A stretch of DNA of 64,000 bases from Terriglobia bacterium (GCA_965223005.1 CBDCVK010000002.1:32001-96000), one strand, 5' to 3'. Shown: positions 1 to 9,956, numbered from the stretch's first letter. The notes: generated by a model from the letters alone, not told the origin. Made by a program: numbers and translations.

Positions 1-660
1 CGATTCTATACGAAAGTGGAAGGTCCTTTCACCTACGAGAATTGGTTGGAGGGGGTCCGCAAGGGACACACCTTTGTGACTACCGGGCCAATCCTTGAGT
101 TTCGAGTCAATGGCAAGGGAATGGGGGAAGAAGTGGTGCTGAGCCGGCGCGGCTCAGTGCAGCTGGAAGGCCGAGTGCGCTTTGATCCGACCTGGGATGA
201 GGTAGAACATCTTCAGGTCATTGAGAATGGGCAGTTGTTGCGAAGCTTCCCGAGAAAAGTGGGGGCGGCCGAGATCCGGTTTCAGTTTGAACACGATGTT
301 CAAGAGTCCTCCTGGCTAGCTATTCGAGCTTATGGAAACAAGCTGGGCGAGATAGATCCCATGAGCAACCATATCCAGGGCACCAGGCGCCATACGTCGG
401 AAGCTCACTCATCTCCGGTTTACTTAACCTTGAAAGGTGGACCTCCTCTCTCGGCCCAACCCCGGGTTAAGGCTGCAGCTCGTGCTTGGCTGGCCCGGCT
501 GGAAGATTTCGAATCCCGGTTGGCTGAGGATCAGATTGAGAGTTTGGACAGAGAATATATTGGGAACATTGTTGAACTGGACCTCCTCCTCAAGAATCGT
601 GAGGCCTTGCTGGAGGAAATCCGCAAGGCTAAGGAATACTTCACGCGTTTAGCACAATAG
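1..660 (+). CDS. C-terminal part of a CehA/McbA-family (PHP-like) metallohydrolase; begins before the window
   Basis: Open frame from base 1. Motifs 'WLEGVRKGHTFVTTGPILEFRVNG' and 'AHSSPVY' are typical of this family's C-terminus. Confidence 0.65.
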   Translation, partial: RFYTKVEGPFTYENWLEGVRKGHTFVTTGPILEFRVNGKGMGEEVVLSRRGSVQLEGRVRFDPTWDEVEHLQVIENGQLLRSFPRKVGAAEIRFQFEHDVQESSWLAIRAYGNKLGEIDPMSNHIQGTRRHTSEAHSSPVYLTLKGGPPLSAQPRVKAAARAWLARLEDFESRLAEDQIESLDREYIGNIVELDLLLKNREALLEEIRKAKEYFTRLAQ

Positions 661-781
661 GACGTGCTGGACGAATAAAAGGAGTTCAAGCACGCACCCG
701 CTCGTGTATCTCCCTCATCGGCGCAGGTTCTGACCATACATGATAAAATTGACTCTGGGGATCGGAAGGAGAGATGTTGTA

Positions 782-1615
782 ATGAAACTGCGATTTAGTT
801 TTTGGTCTGTGGCACTGCTGGTTCTTGCGGTATCGGCGGTACGCGCCGACACGCTGCGACTCCGCGACGGGCGCACGATCGAAGGCGATTTTGTGGACGG
901 TAGCCCTCGCCAGGTCCGGTTCATGGGAAAAGACGGCGCCCTGAAGGTCTATTCCATTACTTAAATCAGGAGTATCGTTTTCGGAGAGGCTCCCGCGCCG
1001 ACCGCCGGCAGACCCGGCGCCCGCCGCCGCTCCTCTGTTGTGCTGCGGCCCTCTCCGCCGACCCAACCCCGGCGACCCTCGGCTTCCGCAGCTCCAAGCT
1101 GGCGCACAGCGGTTTCGCTGCCAGTCGGCACCGTCGTTACCGTCCAGATGATTGATTCCATTGACTCCGACGTGACGCGGGCAGGAGAAAAATTCCTGGC
1201 CAGCCTGGACGACCCGCTGGTGGTAGAGGAGAGGATCGTGGTCGAGCGGGGCGCCGATGTGACCGTGCAGGTGGTTCGCGTCGAGCAATCGGGAAAGTTT
1301 GCCGGCCGGGATGAAGTGGCGCTGAAGCTTTCCGACATCACCATCGGCGGGAACAAATACGCCGTGGCCAGCAGCTATGCCGAGGTGGCCAGTGGGTCCC
1401 GCGGTGAGCGGACCGCCAAAGTCGTCGGAGGCACGGCGGCGTTGGGCGCCATCATTGGTGCCATCGCCGGCGGGGGCAAGGGCGCGGCCATCGGGGCCAC
1501 TGCCGGCGCGGGCGCCGGCACAGCGGTGCAGGCTGCCACCCGCGGCCAGCGCGTCCAGATTCCCTCCGAATCCCGCCTGGACTTTACACTCACTCAACCG
1601 CTCCCGGTGAAGTAG
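782..1615 (+). pseudogene. Secreted glycine-zipper/TrbI-like beta protein with an internal in-frame TAA at 962-964
   Basis: Signal peptide MKLRFSFWSVALLVLAVSAVRA followed by DTLRLRDG. ORFs 740..964 and 1040..1615 share one frame. C-terminus has the glycine zipper [25 protein letters not shown]. Confidence 0.65.
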
Positions 1616-1677
1616 CGTTGCCCTTTTGGGGCATCAGCGGTGGTGGCGGCGGGCTAAAACGCCTGCCGCTAGAGGGC

Positions 1678-2763
1678 TCAGGGTCGCCCGCTGCGAAGCG
1701 CCTGCTGAACCATTAGCAACTCGCTGACGTTGTCCATCGTCACGACGCCCACCAGTCTGCCGCCTCGGAGGACGGGCAGGGAACGACAGCCGCAGGTTTG
1801 AAGGCGGGCAAAGGCGGACTCCAGCATCTCAAAAGGTCCGGCGGTCTCAAACTGCCGCTGCATTACGTTACCCACTAAAGCGTGAGATCCATGCTGCGTC
1901 AGCCCCTTCAGCATGTCGGCCCGAGTCAGAACCCCCACCAGACGCTCGCTTTCCAACACCGGAAAGTCCTGTTGAAAGCCCGCCAGGACGTGGTCCACAG
2001 CCCGCGATAAAGGCTCATCGGGGGAGAGCGCGCGAAAGTCGGTGATCATAGCTCGGCTGACGGGGATCCCACCCAGGGCGGACCGCATCTGCACCATCGA
2101 CGATTCCTGAGCGGCACCTATCCAGACAAACAGCGCAATGAAAACCAGAAACGGGTTGAAGAACAGGCCCAGGAAGCCAAACAACAAGGCCATGGCCTGC
2201 CCGACGTTGGCGGCAATCTGGGTCGCCTGCACGTAGTCCATCTTCATCGCCAGCAAGGCTCGCAGCACTCGCCCGCCGTCCATCGGGAAGGCGGGTAGCA
2301 GGTTAAAGACCGCCAGCACCACGTTGACCCACATCAGCCGGGCGAGCCAGGAGCCGCCCAGCAGAGTCATCGGCGGCAGCACCGGCGATCCGCCGACGCT
2401 AACGAGAATCACAAACAACCCGGCGGCCAGCGCCACGTTGACCGCGGGACCTGCGAGCGCGACCAGCAGCTCCTGCCCTGGCTCTTCGGGCATCCGCTCC
2501 AACCGCGCAACTCCGCCGATGGGCAGCAGGGTGATGTCGCGCGTTCCGATGCCAAAGCGCCGGGCGGTCAGCGCATGCCCCAACTCATGCAGGACCACGA
2601 TGGCAAACAGCGTGAGGATGAACGCCAACCCACTGGCCGCGGCGGCCAGACTCCGGCCTTGCTGATAGTGAATCAACGCCACCCAAGCCAGCAGCAGCAG
2701 AAAGGTGGCGTGCACGTAGATGCCGATGCCAGCGATTGCACCTAACTTCCATGACCACCGCAT
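1678..2763 (-). CDS. Site-2 protease (peptidase M50) with tandem CBS domains
   Basis: HELGH zinc motif, NLLPAFPMDGGR motif, several TM segments and a C-terminal CBS pair. Confidence 0.93.
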   Translation of the reverse strand: MRWSWKLGAIAGIGIYVHATFLLLLAWVALIHYQQGRSLAAAASGLAFILTLFAIVVLHELGHALTARRFGIGTRDITLLPIGGVARLERMPEEPGQELLVALAGPAVNVALAAGLFVILVSVGGSPVLPPMTLLGGSWLARLMWVNVVLAVFNLLPAFPMDGGRVLRALLAMKMDYVQATQIAANVGQAMALLFGFLGLFFNPFLVFIALFVWIGAAQESSMVQMRSALGGIPVSRAMITDFRALSPDEPLSRAVDHVLAGFQQDFPVLESERLVGVLTRADMLKGLTQHGSHALVGNVMQRQFETAGPFEMLESAFARLQTCGCRSLPVLRGGRLVGVVTMDNVSELLMVQQALRSGRP

Positions 2764-3011
2764 CGTTCTCCCTTCCTTCTCCAGGGCACGCGACGTAGAG
2801 TCCCGGCGGCGTACACCGGATGCGAAAGAGCTCCTGCTCTCGCTCGGTAGGCCAGAATAGCACCCCCAGCAGGCTGCGGTGACATCCCGGGGCGACTTTT
2901 GTCGCTGAAACGCCCGGGCCGGTTCTTGCCGGTGGAATGGAAGGCCGCTTTTTGCGTTTGGAACGCAAGGAAGGATATCGTTCGAGTCCAGCGCTTCGCC
3001 TGTAGTAGCCT

Positions 3012-3869
3012 ATGCTTTCGAGCCTGAACATGACCCTTCGAGAAGTCAACGTCGGTCCGCTGCGTTTGGGAGGCAGCGGTGGGCCGTTCCTCATTGCCGG
3101 GCCATGCGTGATCGAGTCAGAGGCTCATGCCAGTTCGCTGGCCGAGCGGATCGCTGCCCTGTGCGCTGATCTAAAGCTGCCCTACATTTTTAAGAGCAGC
3201 TACGACAAAGCCAATCGAACCTCCCTGGGTTCTTATCGGGGTCCGGGTCCGCGCGAAGGGCTCAGAGCCCTGGAGAACATCAAGCGCAGTGTAAAAGTGC
3301 CCATTCTCACCGACGTGCACGAGCCAGGGCAGGTGCCGGCCGCCGCCGAAGTCGCTGATGTGCTGCAAATCCCAGCCTTCCTCTGCCGGCAGACCGACCT
3401 TTTGCTCGCCGCCGGCCGTTCCGGGCGTGCCGTCAACATCAAGAAGGGCCAGTTCCTCTCACCTTGGGAGATGGAACGCGCGATCGAAAAGGTGGCCAGC
3501 ACGGGCAATGAAAACATCCTGGTCACCGAGCGCGGCACCTGCTTCGGCTACAACAATCTGGTCGTGGACATGCGTTCGTTCGCCATCCTGCGTGGCTTCG
3601 GCTATCCCGTTGTATTTGACGCGACCCACTCGCTGCAGCTTCCCGGCGGCGGAGGCCATCAAAGCGACGGCCAGCGCGAGTTTGTCGAGCCGCTGGCCTG
3701 CGCGGGAGTGGCCGCCGGTGCCGACGGCCTGTTTATGGAGGTCCACGACAACCCGGAGGCTGCGCTTTCCGATCCGGCCACGCAGCTGCCCTTGTCCCAG
3801 CTCAAGCCGCTGCTGGAAAAAGTCCTGGCCGTCCACCGGGCTGTCTCAAAGCCCAGATCGGCCGAATAA
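3012..3869 (+). CDS. kdsA: 3-deoxy-8-phosphooctulonate (KDO8P) synthase
   Basis: Motifs IAGPCVIES, KSSYDKANRTS, QIPAFLCRQTDLL, NIKKGQF, ERGTCFGYNNLVVD and DATHSLQLPG. The start may be 3030. Confidence 0.97.
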   Translation: MLSSLNMTLREVNVGPLRLGGSGGPFLIAGPCVIESEAHASSLAERIAALCADLKLPYIFKSSYDKANRTSLGSYRGPGPREGLRALENIKRSVKVPILTDVHEPGQVPAAAEVADVLQIPAFLCRQTDLLLAAGRSGRAVNIKKGQFLSPWEMERAIEKVASTGNENILVTERGTCFGYNNLVVDMRSFAILRGFGYPVVFDATHSLQLPGGGGHQSDGQREFVEPLACAGVAAGADGLFMEVHDNPEAALSDPATQLPLSQLKPLLEKVLAVHRAVSKPRSAE

Positions 3870-3937
3870 GGCTCGGCTGAATGGCGCGCGGATGAACAAG
3901 CGTATGTTCGCGAGGCTCTAGAGCCGAAGGAGTAACT

Positions 3938-4720
3938 TTGTCAACAGCCCAACTCAGTGGAAAGATCATCATTGTCACCGGTGGTACTCAGGGTTTGGGT
4001 GAGGCCATTGCCCGCCATCTGGTCGAGCAGGGTGCTGGCGGTATGGTGATCTGTGGACGCAATCGCGCCAACGGGCAAAGGGTTTCTGGCGCCCTAGAGG
4101 CGGCAGGGTGTCCAACCCTGTACGTGGCTGCCGACCTCTCAAAAGAGGCCGATTGTCGTGAGGTGGTACGAGCATGTGATGACCGTTTCGGCCGGGTCGA
4201 TGGACTGGTCAACGTTGCAGGCGATACCCGGCGGGGCACTTTAGAGGACAGCTCAGTGGCCCTTTGGGACCATCAGTTTGCAGTGAATGCACGGGCGCCG
4301 TTTATCTTGATGCAGGAAGCGGTGCGTATCATGAAACGGGAGAAGATAGCCGGTAGCATCGTCAATATAATCAGTATGGCATGCTACGGTGGGGAACCCT
4401 ATCTCACACCGTACTGTGCATCCAAGGGAGCGCTTGCCACTTTGACCAAGAACGTTGCCAATGCTCTTCTGTTTGATCGAATCCGGGTCAACGGTCTGAA
4501 CGTCGGCTGGATGAGCACGCCAAACGAGGATGTCGTACAGAAGGCTTCGGGACGGCCCGACAACTGGTTAGAGTTGGCCGAAGCCAAGTCTCCGTTCGGG
4601 CGACTCTTGCGCCCCAGCGATCCGGTCCAACTGGTTGCGCTCTTGCTCAGCGACGATTCGGGAATGATGACCGGCTCCCTGATCGACTTTGACCAGGTCG
4701 TGGTCGGGGCTGGGAGCTGA
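3938..4720 (+). CDS. SDR family oxidoreductase
   Basis: TGGTQGLG Rossmann motif, YCASK catalytic motif, GSIVNI. AAGGAG RBS precedes the TTG start. Confidence 0.93.
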   Translation: MSTAQLSGKIIIVTGGTQGLGEAIARHLVEQGAGGMVICGRNRANGQRVSGALEAAGCPTLYVAADLSKEADCREVVRACDDRFGRVDGLVNVAGDTRRGTLEDSSVALWDHQFAVNARAPFILMQEAVRIMKREKIAGSIVNIISMACYGGEPYLTPYCASKGALATLTKNVANALLFDRIRVNGLNVGWMSTPNEDVVQKASGRPDNWLELAEAKSPFGRLLRPSDPVQLVALLLSDDSGMMTGSLIDFDQVVVGAGS

Positions 4721-4807
4721 CGCTTAGTCTCGGTCTTTTAATGGAACCCCAGCTAGCCTGCGCCTTCCTGCTTGCGTGCCCCGCGCCACGCGCAGAAGTC
4801 TCAGCTG

Positions 4808-6322
4808 CTACTTCTGGGTTACGTAGACGGCGTAAACTCGAGCGTCCTCGGGCCGAAGTCCTTCATAGGTAATTCGGATACGAAGCGCGTGAGGAAACTC
4901 TTGTAGGCTCTTTTTGTTACCCCACTGCACCGGCTGGCGAAGCCCGCTCTGCTTGACCAATGCGCTATCCGCTCCCGAATAGCCCGCCACGCCTCGCAAT
5001 TGCTCGTCCAGCAGTTCTACTTTCAGATAGCTGTCTTCCGAAAGGCCATCGGCATTGAGGTAAATCTTTCCTCCTGCATCTTCCAGCCGTATCGGACAAG
5101 TAATAAAGTGCGAGGCTTCAAAGGGGCCTTCACTTTTCCGGCGCCGGACGGGTTCGAAATACCCTAGCCGATCTCGCTCCCAGGTCGCCACGCGGATTTC
5201 ACCGCTCATCCAACCCCCATACCAGACCAGGGTTTGATCCCCGAGGTTTTCAAATCCCTGTCCCTGGATCAGCGATGGGTGGGCCCCGTCGGGCTCCTCG
5301 GCGGCTGAGATGATCCGGAAGTCCGGAATCGGTTCGCGGTAGTGCAAACCATCCTGAGTGACGACCAGACCGAGGTCCATGCTGATGTAGCGACGATCAT
5401 CGTTGTCGGCTCCGTGCCATTGCCCGTAGAATCCCAGCAGGACATTTCCTCGGTCCCAGATTGAGGCTCCCAGGTGAACCTGTTCTCCGGCACGCCGGAA
5501 AAAGACCGGCAAGCGAGGAGGGATGTCGTCCCTGCGGAAACCCACCACCCCCGACTGTGTCCAGTTTTCGAAATCGTAAGAGATGTGGGTCACCAAGATG
5601 CGCTTGGGATATCCTAACCCCTGTCCGTTGACGTAGTAGGCGCCGTTCAGCTTGACCATTCCGGCCATTTCGAATACTGGCCCAACCGGGTTTTTGGGAG
5701 ATTGTTTCCACTTCAAGCCGTCCGGGCTATAGGCAACTCCGAATTTCGCCCCGTACCTATCGCTCTCGAAAACCATCTTGAAGCGACGGTTCGGATCAGG
5801 ATCATCGGGTTCGTACAGGACTAGGGAAGCCCTTAACCGGTCGATGTTGAGATCGACCAGGTTGTTTTGTTTGCTCCCTTCAAACTCGACCAGGCCTAGC
5901 GCTGGTTTCTCCCAGTGCATGCCGTCCTTACTGACTGCGTAACAAACCCGTCCAAGGCCCCATCCGGGCCAGCCTCCAGCTCTGGTGTCGTACACTTCGG
6001 GGGCTCCGATGTACCACATCCGGAGTTGGTCTCCGATCTTTATCACCGTTCCATAGTAGGCCACCGCTTTGGAGTCGGGCTCGCCGGGTTTGCCCATGCG
6101 AATGATGGGGTTTTCCTTGTGTTTTTCGCCTGAGATCAGGCCCAGTTCCAACCCGTAAATGAGTGGAATGCTGTAATTGTCGTAGGGGAAAAGAACAACC
6201 TCTTCCAGCGACCGCTCCGGCCCTCCATTAAGCGCAACCACCCCACCCTTGGCAGGGGCTTGGTGAACAAACGCCAGCAGAACGACAACGACTATCCAAC
6301 CTAGAACGGTGTATCTTTTCAT
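4808..6322 (-). CDS. Secreted beta-propeller glycoside-hydrolase-like protein (GH32/43/130-like fold)
   Basis: Signal peptide, repeated Asp-box-like S.DG.HW motifs (SKDGMHW, SPDGLKW, TQDGLHY) and ENPII. GAGGAGG RBS. Confidence 0.65.
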   Translation of the reverse strand: MKRYTVLGWIVVVVLLAFVHQAPAKGGVVALNGGPERSLEEVVLFPYDNYSIPLIYGLELGLISGEKHKENPIIRMGKPGEPDSKAVAYYGTVIKIGDQLRMWYIGAPEVYDTRAGGWPGWGLGRVCYAVSKDGMHWEKPALGLVEFEGSKQNNLVDLNIDRLRASLVLYEPDDPDPNRRFKMVFESDRYGAKFGVAYSPDGLKWKQSPKNPVGPVFEMAGMVKLNGAYYVNGQGLGYPKRILVTHISYDFENWTQSGVVGFRRDDIPPRLPVFFRRAGEQVHLGASIWDRGNVLLGFYGQWHGADNDDRRYISMDLGLVVTQDGLHYREPIPDFRIISAAEEPDGAHPSLIQGQGFENLGDQTLVWYGGWMSGEIRVATWERDRLGYFEPVRRRKSEGPFEASHFITCPIRLEDAGGKIYLNADGLSEDSYLKVELLDEQLRGVAGYSGADSALVKQSGLRQPVQWGNKKSLQEFPHALRIRITYEGLRPEDARVYAVYVTQK

Positions 6323-6453
6323 CTACGCTACCCTCCTCAATGACGGAAATTCTCGCTTTCCACGCTGTCCGCCAGGATTATGTGGCAGGCCCGCTTGGTG
6401 TAAGCCAGGTTGCGATAGAAGCTCCAGCCGCCAACAGATCCAGGATTTCGCTC

Positions 6454-7782
6454 CTATGGTCGTTCACGGAGCATCGCCTTCACCTTCGAAGAAGCTGAGA
6501 TCCGGCTTCGTTTCACATATGCCTCGTGATTCCGTTCGATCCGAGAAGGCCGGTACGCGTAGTTCACCATGAAGCCGAACGATTGCGTCAGGCCCTTCTC
6601 GGATGTATCCCCAAGCCAGTTGATCTGTTCCACCGATGCCCCGTTGCCCAAATGGAATGAAGCGACCGGGTCGACCGCACGGCCCTCCTCGCGCTCGCTA
6701 AGGAGATAGTGGGCGCAAAACCATGAAAGCAATGGCCGAACCCGATCGCACGCGTCGCGGTTTTCCTGCCAATCGGTGTCTTCCACGGCGTCTAAAACGG
6801 AGAGATCGTGGCCTCCGGCCAGTTCCGCCTTGCGATCGACCGGCAGACCATTCAACCATGTTCGGAAACCAGGCAAGGGCGACAGCGTTGCAAAGGATCG
6901 CAATTTTAGATCTTCTGCCTGCAACTCGGCGATGACGTGCTTGATGAGGAAATTTCCGAACGAGATACCACGCAACCCGTCGAGACAATTGCTGATGGAA
7001 TAGAAAACCGCTGTATCCGCTCGCCGCAGATCCAGCGGTTCGCTGTCACAGGCCAGCAAGGGGGGAATTGAGGAAGCAAGTCCATGGGTCAAGGCGACCT
7101 CGACGAAAATCAGAGGCTCGTCCGCAAGAGCTGGGTGAAAAAAGGCAAAGCACCGCCGGTCCTTGGCGAGCCGTCGCCGCAGATCATCCCAGCCATGAAT
7201 CTCGTGAACCGCCTCATGCTCGATCAGCTTCTCCAAGATGCTTGCCGGTGTGTGCCAGTCGACGCGCTCCAAGCGCAGGAACCCGGGGTTGAACCACGAA
7301 GCCAGCAGATGGTGAAGATCCACGTCCACCGGTTCGAGCTCCGGCCGGGCCGGCAGAAAACGCAGTATATCTTCCCGCATCCGCACCAGCGCCTGGGTTC
7401 CGCCGGGCGTCAGATTGACGCGACGGAACAGCTCCTGACGAGGCGGCTCGACCGCGCCGAACAGCTCGGCCAGCGTTTTGGCATTCGGCTTGGCTCGATA
7501 CTTCTCGGCCGCCGCCAGGACAGACTGCCGATCAGGGAGAAAGTCCGGTTCCAATAGGGCCAGAAAGAATGCCTCTCGCGCGGAAGGCGCCAAGCGGCGG
7601 TAGCGCTCGGCGACTTCCCGCCCCAAGGCGATCCCGGAGGCCTCGCCGCGTTCGAAGAGTAACTCGCGGCATAGCGATTCAAGCGACGCGGCGCCGGTCG
7701 CTCTCCATCTTCGTCGCAACTCGAGGCCGCGGTCGGCGATGGAGTCCCAGACCCGTCGAAACAGCGCGCCCTTCGAAACCAT
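6454..7782 (-). CDS. Malonyl-CoA decarboxylase
   Basis: Motifs EAVHEI..WDDLRRRL..DRRCFAFFHP, EPLIFVEVAL, FYSISNC..GL.GISFGNFLIK, TLSPLPGF and DPVASFHLGNGA. Confidence 0.95.
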   Translation of the reverse strand: MVSKGALFRRVWDSIADRGLELRRRWRATGAASLESLCRELLFERGEASGIALGREVAERYRRLAPSAREAFFLALLEPDFLPDRQSVLAAAEKYRAKPNAKTLAELFGAVEPPRQELFRRVNLTPGGTQALVRMREDILRFLPARPELEPVDVDLHHLLASWFNPGFLRLERVDWHTPASILEKLIEHEAVHEIHGWDDLRRRLAKDRRCFAFFHPALADEPLIFVEVALTHGLASSIPPLLACDSEPLDLRRADTAVFYSISNCLDGLRGISFGNFLIKHVIAELQAEDLKLRSFATLSPLPGFRTWLNGLPVDRKAELAGGHDLSVLDAVEDTDWQENRDACDRVRPLLSWFCAHYLLSEREEGRAVDPVASFHLGNGASVEQINWLGDTSEKGLTQSFGFMVNYAYRPSRIERNHEAYVKRSRISASSKVKAMLRERP

Positions 7783-7798
7783 CAGACAGCTACCTCTC

Positions 7799-7834
7799 CT
7801 TCACGGTGGCCTTCACAGTGGCCTTCAAGGTGGC
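7799..7834. repeat. Three tandem 12-bp repeats abutting the malonyl-CoA decarboxylase RBS
   Basis: Units cttcacggtggc, cttcacagtggc and cttcaaggtggc read directly from the sequence. Confidence 0.85.
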
Positions 7835-7860
7835 TGGCAAGCGAAAGTTGGAATTTCCGA

Positions 7861-7915
7861 TTTGAGCTTCCCGTCGCCCAGAAGCATACGGCAGTTGCCT
7901 TCTCGACTCAAGCTC
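7861..7915 (-). promoter_or_regulatory. Copy A of a dispersed 55-57-bp promoter-like element (TTGAGT-N17-TATGCT within GAGCTT...AAGCTC)
   Basis: Homologous to 61901-61957 and 62115-62171. Has sigma70-like spacing on the minus strand, upstream of the decarboxylase gene. Confidence 0.6.
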
Positions 7916-7940
7916 AGATCACTGTAGCGAGGCCGAGCCA

Positions 7941-8582
7941 TTGCCAGAGCCGCTGGGCTTGGCGAGCCGGAACAGGAAGCAGGTAGGAACAGTTCGCCCG
8001 GCCGCGCTATTTTTCGTCTCTGGCACGCAGATCAATGCGCAGGTGCCGTTTGAGCTGGTATCCGGAGCGGGTTTGGTCACGGTGCAGGTGACGCGGGGCG
8101 GTGAAACCAGCACGGCGCAGCCGGTCGCGATTGCGGCCGTATCGCCGGGGATTTTTACGCAGAACCAGCAGGGCACGGGCCCCGGGGCGATCCTGCACGC
8201 GGCAGATTTCCAGCCCGTCAGCGAAAGCAACCCGGCACAGACGGGCGAGTTCCTGCTGATCTTTTGCACGGGGTTGGGGCCGGTCCTGCCGGAAGTGCCA
8301 TCCGGCAATGTTGCTCCCGGCACGGAGCCATTGGCGCGAACCGTTAGCCCGCCGTTGGTAAACATCGGCGGCATTCCCGCTGAGGTGGTCTACTCCGGCC
8401 TGGCCCCGGGATTCGTGGGGCTGTACCAAGTGAACGTCGAGGTACCCGTGGGTTTGTCCCCCCCGAATTCGCAGCCGGAGGGTGCCGCCCCGCCCGTTAC
8501 GCACAACCTAGAAATCATCAACATCGGTGTGCCGAGCAACATCGTCGAGGTACCCGTGGGAATAAGCCCGCCGACTACTTAG
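7941..8582 (+). pseudogene. Orphan TIGR03437-like (Solibacter/Acidobacteria C-terminal) domain, probably 5'-truncated
   Basis: Motifs LFFVSGTQINAQVPFE, SPGIFT, NPAQTGE.L.IFCTGLG and GLAPGFVGLYQVNV. No signal peptide or N-terminal domains. Confidence 0.75.
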
Positions 8583-8837
8583 TCCCCGAGGGTTTGTCTC
8601 AGCCAATACTCACAACCTAGAAATCATCAAGGTAAACCCTAGCTGATCTGCCGCCTGCCGTGCTTGTGGAGTCCAACCAGCCACCAAGTGCTGGTGCGCT
8701 GTTGACAACCCAAGCCAGCAGGACCTACACTCCGCGCACCTCTCTAGTGCTAGGCCGACCGGGACCGGTTTTATCCAGGTCAGCCTAAACAAGAGTGAGG
8801 CTCCGAAGCTGGCATCGTCAACAAGGAGGTTGTGAGC

Positions 8838-9593
8838 ATGAAAGACAAGAAAAGAATCCTCAGTGCTGCTGTGGCAACCGTCGTATTGACTGCCCTGTTT
8901 TTACCTGCAGCCAGTCACTTACCAACCCACGCGAAACTCCAGGCCGCCCTGAAAACGGTGGTTGCAGAGAAGAACGGAGGCTTTGGCCTCCATATGTGGG
9001 CGACCATCGTTGACCGGGATGGTGTGGTGCGGGCCGTCGTGTTTTCCGGAAAGGCGCGGGGCGATCAATGGCCGGGAAGCCGGGTCATCTCGGCACAAAA
9101 AGCCAACACGGCCAATGCGTTCAGTCTTCCGGGACTGGCGTTATCAACGGCAAATCTCTTTTCAGCGGTGCAGCCAGGAGGGAGTTTATTCGGGCTCCAG
9201 TTCAGTAATCCCGTGGCTACGGACGTGGCCTATGGCGGCCCTTCTGACGCCATTGGCACGGCAAAGGACCCTATGGTCAATCAGAAAATTGGCGGGGTGA
9301 ATGTATTTGGCGGTGGTTTGCCCTTGTATGATGGCGATGGCAAACCGGTGGGAGCGGTTGGCGTCAGTGGTGATAGCTCCTGTGCAGACCATAACATCGC
9401 GTGGAAGGTCCGCCATGCACTCAATTTGGACAACATTCCTGGGGGAGTGAGCCCGACGAAAGACGATAATATTGTGAATGACATTACAAACGGCGCGAGT
9501 GCAGGTGGTTGGGGACATCCCCCATGTGCTCCCAAGGCAACCCAAGTAGCGAAGGAGCTCGTGAAAACCCACCCGATTGGGCCTCAGCCGTAG
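8838..9593 (+). CDS. Secreted GlcG/HbpS-family heme-binding protein
   Basis: Signal peptide and motifs IVDRDG, SAQKANTA, GGGLPLY and GAVGVSG. AAGGAGG RBS (GTG at 8832 or ATG at 8838). Confidence 0.85.
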   Translation: MKDKKRILSAAVATVVLTALFLPAASHLPTHAKLQAALKTVVAEKNGGFGLHMWATIVDRDGVVRAVVFSGKARGDQWPGSRVISAQKANTANAFSLPGLALSTANLFSAVQPGGSLFGLQFSNPVATDVAYGGPSDAIGTAKDPMVNQKIGGVNVFGGGLPLYDGDGKPVGAVGVSGDSSCADHNIAWKVRHALNLDNIPGGVSPTKDDNIVNDITNGASAGGWGHPPCAPKATQVAKELVKTHPIGPQP

Positions 9594-9626
9594 GTAAAGT
9601 TCTCTGGCAGCGCGTCATGTAGACGA

Positions 9627-9734
9627 GCCTAACATGGGCTTGAAGCGGATGGTGGGGGGTGCGACGAAGCGAGGAAGAGGTGACAGGCGGGTATCTCCTC
9701 AGCCCCCCACTGCCGCTGAAGCTTGCCTTTAGGC
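9627..9734 (+). other. Integron attC-like recombination site (degenerate)
   Basis: Begins with GCCTAAC (RYYYAAC) and ends with TTTAGGC (near GTTRRRY). Internal imperfect inverted repeat GCTTGAAGCGG..GTGGGGGG / CCCCCCAC.GCCGCTGAAGC. Lies just after a gene. Confidence 0.55.
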
Positions 9735-9860
9735 TACGACATCAAGAAACGGCCATGTTCGGGCCTCACCCTCCCGGTCTGACTCTCCCTCTAGGCAGGG
9801 TCCCCAATTAATGGGCGTCGGATTCTGTGGCCGCTGTTGATGGCTTGATGGCTGCTCGAC

Positions 9861-9956
9861 TTACAGCCTGGGCGCACGGCGGCTAGTGAACGCCACGAAA
9901 ATGGCGATGCCAATGACTATGATAAGCCAAATTGGAACACGAATTTCCTCGTACAC
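9861..9956 (-). CDS. 31-aa small single-TM protein (MYEEIRVPIWLIIVIGIAIFVAFTSRRAPRL)
   Basis: GTG start 6 nt after GAGGAGG, with a hydrophobic helix and basic tail. TTGACT-N18-TACACT lies upstream. Below the ORF-track length cutoff. Confidence 0.6.
   Translation of the reverse strand: MYEEIRVPIWLIIVIGIAIFVAFTSRRAPRL

Noticed and set aside
962-964. Programmed stop-codon readthrough or recoding (also stops near 23520 and 27911)
   Set aside because: Intact genes here end in TAA, TAG and TGA normally. The internal stops are in decayed genes or may be errors, and no SECIS or pyl signals are seen.
7921-7931. Reverse-complement 11-mer match to the CGCTACAGT arm motif
   Set aside because: A single half-site with no tRNA or integrase nearby, plausible by chance in 64 kb.
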